Notes under the pieces: model-generated
Databases searched by the model: none
Seen by the model: the letters and a program-made list of their open reading frames with translations, nothing else
What the model was told of the DNA's origin: nothing
In this document: positions 54,205 through 64,000 of the stretch, in pieces
Numbering within the stretch: the stretch's first letter is position 1
Layout: every line of letters starts with the position of its first letter
Made by a program: the position numbers and the translations under genes
NCBI GenBank assembly: GCA_951406725.2
Contig: OX597828.1
Span: 33,480,001-33,544,000, forward strand
Length of the DNA: 64,000 bases
Direction: 5' to 3'
From: Octopus vulgaris
Taxonomy: Eukaryota

Positions 54205-54442
54205 ATAGCGTCCAAATAAAAAAAAACACCAAAAATAACTATGACAAACGAAGTAAAACAAAATGCGAAAATATTTAAATAAAAACTAAAAAAGTAAATC
54301 TAAACTAAAGAAAAGATTTAAAACGAGAGAAAGAAAAAGAAGAAAAAAATTGGTAGAGGGAGTGAGAGAGAGAGAAGGAAAGGGAGAAAGGGAGAGCGAG
54401 AAAGACAGAGAGAGAAAAATATAATTATATAAATATATATAC

Positions 54443-54494
<52 letters not shown>

Positions 54495-54929
54495 ATATAT
54501 GTATATATGTATATAATTATATAAACAGACATCATCTGATAACCTTTTGTCATTCATTATCTTGACTAACTCTTTAAGTTAACGTTACATCTTCATTGAT
54601 TGGTCGATGTTAGCTCACCGGACTGGAACAAATATGCAACTGAGCTTCCATGAATATTTTGCTCGTTTGTTTGCTTGTTTGTTTTTGTAGGTATTTTTCG
54701 AAACGTCATCATCATCATCATCATCACCATCATTATTATTTTTATCATTTTTATTATTATTATTTTCATCATCGTCATCAATATCATCATTGTTTATTAC
54801 TGTTTGTTATTGTTGTTGTTATTATTACTATTATTGTTATTGTTATTACTGTTATTATCATCATCATTATTATTTTTATTATTTTTATTTTTATTTTTAT
54901 TATTATTATTGTTGTTGTTGTTGTTGTTG

Positions 54930-54972
<43 letters not shown>

Positions 54973-55214
54973 TTTAAGTGCTAGATCGGAAAACACATGG
55001 CGCTCATACTAACGCATACACAAACACCCTTTCACACACTCACACACATACACACACTCAATCACACACACACACACACACACATACAAATATAAACAAA
55101 CAAACAAAAATGAATACACAGATGGAAGAGAAATGAGAAAATGGCAGATAATAGAAGTATTGATTTCCCTGATGGTTATAAGCACTTTACTCTCTCTCTC
55201 TCTCTCTCTGTCTT

Positions 55215-55254
<40 letters not shown>

Positions 55255-55762
55255 ACTCTTTTGCTTACGTCACTTTAACGCCTCCGGGGAAGTGGAGGAG
55301 AACACATGAAAAAGTATAAACGTCACAAAGTTTGGTTCTATTTCGTTTTCTTTTCATCCCTTTTAGAGAAAACTCCCTTAGATTTTGAGCTTATCTATGT
55401 AAAAATCGCTGTTGTTAACAATGTTTGATATTGTTTATTCCCAGGTTCCAGCCGCGACCATCCTGTCCGTTTGTGCAGATATAATGCATGTATAGGAGAT
55501 CCTCGTAAGGTAAGATCTGATGGGAATTTGGCTGCTACTTCTAGCATATTGAGCGGTCACGCAGACATCCTTCGATAACCTGAATCAGTTTACTGTTGTC
55601 TCTGTTTGATGATGATGATGATAATGATGATGACATTAATGATGGTGATGGTGTTGATAATGATGACGATGGCGATGACTATGATGATGATGAAGGCGAT
55701 GAAGGGGAGGAGCAGGAGAAGGAGGAGAAGGAGGAGGAGGAAGACGACGACGAGGATGACCA

Positions 55763-55796
<34 letters not shown>

Positions 55797-55858
55797 GATG
55801 GTGATATTGAATAGTACGATAATAGTACGATAATGATGATGGTGGTGATGATAACTAC

Positions 55859-56065
55859 GACGATGATAGTGATGATGACGATGACGACGATTATGAAGAT
55901 AATGAAGAGGAAGGGACGACGACGACGATGATAGTGATGATGACGATGACGATGATTATGAAGATAATGAAGAGGAAGGGACGACGACGACGATGATAGT
56001 GATGATGACGATGACGACGATTATGAAGATAATGAAGAGGAAGGGACGACGACGACGACGACGAT
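55859..56065. repeat. 65-bp tandem repeat, about 3 copies, built from GAT/GAC triplets
   Basis: ttatgaagataatgaagaggaaggg recurs at 55891, 55956 and 56021. Confidence 0.85.
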
Positions 56066-56159
56066 GATGATGCTGATGATGGCGATAGTGATGATGATGC
56101 TTGCTATTACTACCACCGCTACTACTGCCACTACTGCTACTACTACTACTACTACCACC

Positions 56160-56206
<47 letters not shown>

Positions 56207-57816
56207 CACTACTACCACCACCACCACCACTACTACCACTACTACTACTACTACTACTACTGCTTGCCTCTTGTTTTTCCTTCAATTTGCTTTCGTTAGT
56301 TTCAATTAGAATAATTGCTAATACGACATTTTTTAATGAAGTTCCAGATTTACTGAGTGACGACGACTTTAAAACGCTTTGCTTTCTTTTCTTCATTGTT
56401 GTTGCTGCTGCTGATGATGATGATGATGATGATGAGGAGGAGGAGGAGGAGGAGGAGGAGGAGGAGGAGGAGAAGGAGGATGGTTCTTTCTCCTTCTTGT
56501 TGTCTGTTGTTGTCTGTTGTTGTTCTTGTTGTTGTTGTTGTTTTATGCGATATTCTTGCATCTTTCTATGATCTTCTTTCAAAGATATTATTTTCGGACT
56601 AAAGCCTCGTTGATAGCAATTTCTTTCGTTTTTTTGATTTGTTTTCTTCCGTTCGTTGGGTTTTTTTTTTTTTAATATTTTTTTGTTGTTGTTACTTTCG
56701 ATTGCTCTGTGTTTTTTTTTTTTTACTTTCTTTTTGACACACGTTTAATTTTTTTATTTTATTTGATTTTGATTTTTTTTTTGTCATAATTTCTTCTTCA
56801 CTAAATTTACTATTTTCCTTTTTTTTTTTCTTTTGGCTACGTGAAGCTTGTCTTTTTTTGTTTGTTTGTTTGTTTGCTTTTTTTTTTCTCTAACTAAATT
56901 TATTTTTTTGATTCTTATATTTTTCACTAAATTTGTCTGCTTTCCTCAAAAGAATATTTTATCTTATGAAATATTTTTTTTTCTTGCTAAGACACACAAA
57001 TATAATACTAAGAACAAGTTCAAATCGAATAAGCAACAGTACTCTCTCTTCTTTCTTTCTTTCTTTCTTTCTTTCTCGTTTTCTCTGTCTTTTTTTCCTT
57101 CTTAGATTTCCTCGCTTACTCACTTTCTTCTTCTCACTCTCTAAAGAACTTTTTTTTTCAATATTGCTAAGGATCGGCATACTAGCGAGATATTAGGGAA
57201 TTTTTTTTTAATTTTGTGCTTTTTTTAAATTCTCTTTTTCCAGTTTAATAGACTGCCTTTCATATAAATTGTGTAACTCTAAAAAGAAAATAAACAACGA
57301 TCGTGTGAGAACAATAACAATAAAAAATAATAATAACAACGATGATATAAAAGATTTATTTTTCTCTAAATGATCAAAACGGCCTCTGTATTTAGTGCAA
57401 CCATGGCTACATGGATAAGAAGCTTGTTTTGCAACCGCATAGTTTCCGAGGTTGATTCTACGTGAATCTACTTGGACAAGTCATTTCTTTTGTAAGGTCT
57501 GGTTAACCAATATTTGATGAGTGAAATTTGGAGGAAGGTAATGTATGGTAGACCATGGGAGCCTGTGGAAGCTGGTGGCAGTTGGGTAAGAAGTTTGCTT
57601 ACCAGCCACAAGTTTCCGTATTCAATTGCACTGCGTGACACCATGGGCAAGTGTCCCTTAAAATAGCCTCGGTTCCACTAGAGAATTTTGTGTGGAATTG
57701 GTAGACAGGAAACTGACAGCCCGTTCTGTATATATATATGTGTGTGTGGTGTGTCTTTCTGTTTGTTCCTCGCCACCGGGTGAAAAGGGATGGTGGGTAG
57801 CAACTAAGAACATACC

Positions 57817-57888
<72 letters not shown>

Positions 57889-57907
57889 TATAGATAGATA
57901 GATAGAT

Positions 57908-57983
<76 letters not shown>

Positions 57984-57989
<6 letters not shown>

Positions 57990-59095
57990 AACTTACTTGG
58001 AAATGGATACGTGGCGTTCGATCATATAATAATATAAATGATATATAAATATATGTATATATTTATATACATATATGTACACACCTACTTATATATGTAT
58101 ATATATATATGCATATATGGGTACAGGACATAAAAAAACGATAAACACAATGAGAAACAAAAACATATAGACAAAAACATAGACACAAACTTTTTTTGAA
58201 ACAACGAAAAAAACAGAGTACAAGACATACAAGACAAGGAATATTCCCCTTCTTCAGTTGTCCCTGTTTCAGCTACTCCGCGTTCCGAAGGTAAGGACAA
58301 AACGCGACTTCGTTGAAACAGTCCTTCCCGCAAAGCAAATTGAATAAAATTTGGGATTTTTTTGCGGAGGGGTAAAAGTGGTAACAAAACAGGACAATAA
58401 GAACAAAACAGTAAAAACAATAAAAAATTAAAAACGGTAAAAGACAGAACAATAAGAACAAAACAGTAAAAACCAACGATGAGAGCTGTTAAGCCAAGAC
58501 GATGGTAAACGTATTCTGAACGCTTAAGGAAACAGCTTATGAAAGAGATAGGTTAAGCTGGTCTGGTCCTGGTGAAGATAGCAGTCGGAAAGATGGCTGT
58601 GATCCCGTATCAGTGACGAGAGAGTCGAGGAGGAGGAGGAGTAAGAAAGAGGTAACGGTGAAGGGGAGAGGAGAAGAATAGGGAAGGGTGGGAGAGAAAA
58701 CCAGAATGGATGAAGAACAAGAGAACGCGAGAGATAGACAGAGAAGAAATAGTAAAGGAGAAAAGTGCGCATCATAATTATTAAGATAAAACTTACTTGG
58801 AAAAGGATGCGTGGCGTTCGATCATATAATAATATAAATAATATATAAATATATGCATATATACATATATGCACATACCTACATACATATGTATATATAC
58901 ATGCATATATGGGTACAGGACATAAAAAAACGTTGAAGAGAATGAGAAACGAAAACAACAACAAAAGCATAGAAACGAACATTTTTTAAAACAACAAAAA
59001 AAACAGAGTACAAGACATACAACACAAGGAATATTCCCCTTCTTCAGTTGTCCCTGTTCTGCCTACTTCACAATTTAAAGGTAAGGACAAGACGC
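57984..59095 (-). mobile_element. Tandemly duplicated Penelope-like pseudo-LTR (about 320-bp copies, 800-bp period)
   Basis: 57984-58305 and 58784-59095 are diverged direct copies, both with ggacaaCTGAAGAaggggaatattcc on minus; related sequence at 43480-43680. Confidence 0.5.
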
Positions 59096-59835
59096 AAAAT
59101 TCAGAAGTGGAGATTTCAGCCTTGAAGATAAGATCGAACAGGACGTCCATTTGAGTTTGATGATAAGATCTTTGAGGCATTACTAGAAGAAAATCCTGCA
59201 TTATCAGTTGAAGAGTTGCCAATAAAGCTTAGTTCAAACCATACAGCTGTTCATCGTCATCTTCCACAACCTAGCATGGAACTTCATGGAAAAAAGGTTC
59301 TTCTCTTTATTTGGCGGGATTGCAAAGGAGTAATTCACTTTGAATTGTTACCACCTAATGCAACAATCAATGCTCAAATCTACTGTAGGCAATTAGAGCG
59401 TTTGAACCAAGCTTTGAAGAAAAAAGACCCGCTTTAGTGAATCGAAAAGGAGTGATGTTTTATCAGGACAGTGCGCGACCCCACACTGCAAAGATCACAT
59501 CACAGAAGATCGAAGAGCTTGGTTGGGAAAAAATTCTTCAGTCACCTTATTCCCCCAACGTTGCTCTTTCAGACTACCATTTGTTTCGTAGTTTACAAAA
59601 TCATTTGGGAACATAACTTTCGCAAGCCAGGAGGAGGTCGAAACTGACATTTTAGAGTTCTTCGCTTTGAAACCAAAAGAGTTTTACATTGATGCGATTA
59701 AGAAGCTTATAAATAGATGGAAGGAAGTCATACATAATCAGGGAAAGTACATTGATGATTAGATTTCAATTAAATATAACATTTGATCACTTGTTTTCTT
59801 TATTCAAAATTCGGACAGAACTTATGGGATGAACT

Positions 59836-59838
<3 letters not shown>
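59096..59838 (+). mobile_element. Second mariner transposase remnant (internally deleted) with right TIR
   Basis: KFRSGDFSLED; LHGKKVLLFIWRDCKGVIHFELLPPNATINAQIYCRQLERL; QDSARPHTAK; PYSPNVALSDYHLFRSL; TIR cggacagaacttatgggatgaact. Confidence 0.9.
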
Positions 59839-59907
<69 letters not shown>

Positions 59908-59977
59908 CGTGACCGCGTGTGTACCGTTGGCGATTTTTTTCCTCCCTCTTCCCTTCTCTGGATCTTTCCTTTACCTA

Positions 59978-60013
59978 TGTTTCTGACGAAGAGCTCCGCT
60001 CGAAACGTTACAT
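59978..60013 (+). ncRNA. Minimal hammerhead-like motif in a microsatellite-flanked element (about 59910-60116)
   Basis: CTGACGA-a-gagc-tcc-gctc-GAAACGTT; stem I imperfect. Confidence 0.55.
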
Positions 60014-60134
60014 CCTCCTTCTTCCCTTCCTTCCTGAGCGTCCAATAATACTATGTTTGTTCCACGTCCTCGCGTTATTGTGTTTTCTCTTTGTGTTTTC
60101 ATGTTTGGATTAACTTTATATATATATATATGAA

Positions 60135-60449
60135 GGACCATGGAGTTGTAGCTAGAAAGTTACCCTCCGAGGCACAAGTCTCGTCAACGTTGTTTATGGA
60201 AGGTCAGCAGTCGCCCATGCATGCCAGCCTCTCCTCTCCAAGTCACCGATGTTATCCAAGGGAAATGTAAAGGGGCCGATACAGCTTGGCACCAATCACG
60301 TGGTAACTCATTTCTACAGCTTAGTGAACTTGGGCAGCGTGAAATAAAGTGTCTTGCTCAAGAATGCAACACACAGCCATGTCCGGGAATCGAACTCAAT
60401 ATCTCATGATTGTGAATCCGACGCCCTAACCATTGAGTCATGCGCGCAC
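60135..60449 (-). mobile_element. tRNA-derived SINE family E
   Basis: A box tgactcaatggttaggg, B box gagttcgattccc; homologous to 42465-42775. Confidence 0.8.
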
Positions 60450-60452
60450 AGC

Positions 60453-60897
60453 CATGGCTGTGTCGTAAGAAGCTTGCTTCCCAACCACACGCCTTTGTGT
60501 TCAGTCCCACTGCGTGGCACCTTGGGCAAGAATCTTCTTCTAAAGCCACGGTCCGATCAAAACCTTGTGAGTGGGTTTGGTAGACGGAAACTAAAAGACG
60601 CCCGTCGTATGTATCTATATATATATATATTACATGTGTGTGTGTGTATATTTGTGCGTGTCTGTGTGTGCGCGCGTACGTGCATGTCTTTTGTTTTCGT
60701 TGTTTGTCCCTACCGCCGCTTAACAGCCAGTGTTGGTGTGTTTACGTCCCCGTTCGGCCGAACAGACTGATAGAATAAGTACCAGGTTTAACAAGAAAAT
60801 TAGTACTGGAGTCTTTTCATTCGACCAAACCAAATTGTTCAAGGCGGTGCCCCAGCATGGTCACAGCTGAAACAAGTAAAAAAATTAAAGGTAAAAG
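60453..60897 (+). mobile_element. SINE family A, head-to-head with the family E copy
   Basis: tggctgtgtcgtaagaagcttgcttcccaaccacac...aaggcggtgccccagcatggtcacagctgaaacaagtaaaa. Confidence 0.85.
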
Positions 60898-60929
60898 ACA
60901 CACACTCACACACACACACATACACACAA

Positions 60930-60998
<69 letters not shown>

Positions 60999-62024
60999 TA
61001 TATTCATATATACATGAATCTATAAGTAATAGTCTTAAATTTGGGTATACAGTTGATAGTGTCCTTTAAAGCACGTTCATTGTATTTGGCTACCTAATGT
61101 TACTGGGTTTACTTCAGAAATTCCTTCGTGTCAGGAAGAGAAAATGGAATTCACTAGATTGTTTTATCAATAATTACGATCGTTTCGACCCATAGTGCGT
61201 CGGTCTCTCGTGGGTGAGACTCTGTACAATTAGCTGTGGTGCAATATTCGGTGCAGATGTGCCTCGCTCTTTAATCTCTGTTTCTCTTATTTCGCTTATA
61301 TTTATACTTAAACGGGAATAAGGAATTGGATTGTAACGCGATTTGGTTCATCCATGATAAACATAAGCGCAACCATATCAAGGAATAAAAGTGTTTTTTT
61401 TTGTTACATAATAATCACGGCTAAGGAAACTGGTTCTCAAAGTAATAAAGTGAAGAAAAATGAAAGAAGAATTAGTATATTGGCAAATACTCAAATACGT
61501 TATCCTACATAAATTTCGTTATTATAAGCATATAAAAATTAATTCAAGATCTTATTAGTAATTAATTATGAAATTGTCAGAGCTATTATTATTAAAGTTA
61601 TTAATTTAATTTACTAACATATTTATTGCTAATTATTATATATAAAATTGTAATTACTGTGGTTTGTTTACAATTAATATATTCAATCACCTATAATGTA
61701 TTAAATATAAAAATCGGCGAAAATTTTCCAATTAAGAATTAACATAGTGAGTGTTACTAAGATATGGTAGTAGCTATTCACTTCAAATTGACTTAATTTT
61801 GTATGATTAAATTAACATGATATCAACATCAACTTTCAGCCATAATACTCCAAGTAAGATCATTATACCGGCTTGTAATTTAGGGTTTTCTTTCGGGACT
61901 TGTGGGTACATCTTAGTCTTAATTCATCGAATTTGATCATAAGGATTTTTTTTACCCCCTATTGAAAGATCTCGAAAATGTCCATGCAACACTGGCAACA
62001 ACTATAGTGACCACCGTATAGGTG

Positions 62025-62290
<266 letters not shown>

Positions 62291-63046
62291 GGCATAAATT
62301 TATATATGTATATGCATGCAGGACTACAGGTTTGCTGCTCTGTTCGGTGCATAGCAGGATTGAATCTCGCAGTTCATTTACGGCCGTGAATATTCTCCTT
62401 TGGAGTAACTGTTAAGTTCATTTTCCATCTTTTTCCTATCAAGTAAATAGTATTCAAGTGCTGGACGGGATTACATCAGTAACAACCACTCTTATGCCTT
62501 GTTTCTAAAATCATTATTCTGCCTTTTTAATGCGGTACATATGTGACACTGCTGAATGGGAAAGTAAGCAAACCACACACACACACATTCGCAAACACTT
62601 CTCTTTATATGTATATGTCAATGTGTGTGTGGATCTTGTATCCCTGCTGTAACGCTTCACTTCCACACATGCCAGCTTAATTTAATTCTTCCTTAGTCGA
62701 AAGACACCTGTTGTCCTGTTATTGTTTTTATTGTATTTGTGTAATATCGTCCGTTTTTTTCCGTCCTTATTTTTGTATACATTCGCTGCTTTCTTCCAAG
62801 GAATCTAATGCTCTTAGCTTAGGTTTTCGTTAGGGCTGGCCAGATTGAAGCAATCTCAAGTATAATCAGCCGAAATTGCGAAGATAATCTAGTACTTGAC
62901 TGAGGAAAGAAAACTTCGAATGACCCGTCCTTGTTTTCTTTGTATCGTCTATCTGGATATTTTGTTGTCCCATTTTTGTATCACCTAACTGTCCGAATGT
63001 TTTGCGTTCTTGTCCCATTTTGTATTTTATATATATATATATATAT

Positions 63047-63088
63047 AGCCTTGTGAGTGGATATGGTAGAGAGAAACTGAAAAAGCCC

Positions 63089-63183
<95 letters not shown>

Positions 63184-63790
63184 TTATCAAAATAAGTAAC
63201 AGGCTATCCAGATGTGATGCAGTACGATCGTTTCAAGAGACTCCATTGAATCAAACAACGCAATCATTACATCAATTTAAATGTAGAGCTCTCCTCAGCT
63301 GCATAAATAAATAAATAGAATTAATTTAATCAGTCAGATACATTTGCATAATTTTACTTAAACCCTCTAAGAGGGTCAGAAGACAGACAAAATCCATGTT
63401 TTATTCACTTCAGCTTAGAAGCCAAATTTTGGTGCCTCAACTTGAGTACCTAATTCATCGGAATCTCAATTGCTTTACTTAACCCGTCAACCAAACCTAT
63501 ATATACATATATATATATTTTTTTTATCTTACCCTCTTAGAGGGTTTAAGTAAAATTATGCAAATGTATCTGACTGATTAAATTAATTCTATTTATCTAT
63601 TTATGCAGCTGAGGAGAGCTCTACATTTAAATTGATGTAATGATTGCGTTGTTTGATTCAATGGGGTCTCTTGAAACGATCGTACTGCATCACCTCTGGA
63701 TAGCCTGTTGCTTATTTTGATATATACATATACATATATATATATAACGGGCTTTTTCAGTTTCGGTCTACCATATTCACTCACATGGCT
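63047..63790. repeat. Long inverted repeat: about 193-bp near-identical arms (63185-63377, 63530-63722) plus mirrored microsatellite and SINE flanks
   Basis: tatcaaaataagtaacaggctatccaga...aaaccctctaagagggt mirrored by accctcttagagggttt...ctggatagcctgttgcttattttgata; SINE pieces 63047-63091 and 63746-63790 also mirror each other. Confidence 0.9.
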
Positions 63791-63907
63791 TTGGTCAGCC
63801 TGAGGCTATAGTAGAAGACACTCGCCCAACGTGCCATGCAGTGGGACTGAACCCGGAAGCATGTGGTTGGTAAGCAAGCTTCTTACCACCGAGCCACTCC
63901 TGCGCCT
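63746..63907 (-). mobile_element. SINE family A, 5' half
   Basis: gtgccatgcagtgggactgaacccgga...cttaccaccgagccactcctgcgcct. Confidence 0.85.
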
Positions 63908-64000
63908 ATCATTATTTTTTTTTTTTAGACTCTATCTTTCATGATAGCTGTAAGCCTCAAATGTATATAAAGCCTTAAATAGAACAAAAAGCGAAATCTT

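Noticed and set aside
55956-56582. 208-aa Ser/Gln-rich ORF as a real protein
   Set aside because: Mostly triplet repeats; runs into a 65-bp (non-triplet period) tandem repeat; no domain recognised. Not excluded but unsupported.

Overview
AT-rich, microsatellite-saturated eukaryotic DNA ((TA)n, (GATA)n, (ATT)n, (CA)n, (GA)n). The repeat families look like those of an octopus/coleoid cephalopod genome (inference). No complete host gene is visible; nearly all ORFs in the supplied track are microsatellite artefacts, so the window is probably intronic or intergenic, with a few weak candidate exons. Recognisable content: a decayed Helitron Rep/PIF1-helicase with its CTAG end, three mariner remnants, LINE fragments (R4/Dong-type RLE, CR1/L2-like, RTE-like with C2H2 fingers), many tRNA-derived SINEs of several modular families, and a U6 snRNA retrocopy fused to a LINE/SINE 3' tail. 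The most unusual signal is a set of short, mostly (TA)n-embedded, often inverted-repeat elements carrying Penelope-type minimal hammerhead ribozyme cores. One of them appears joined to a tRNA-like Pol III head, making it a candidate ribozyme-bearing, Penelope-mobilised SINE. All alignments and folds were done by eye; coordinates of degraded elements are approximate.
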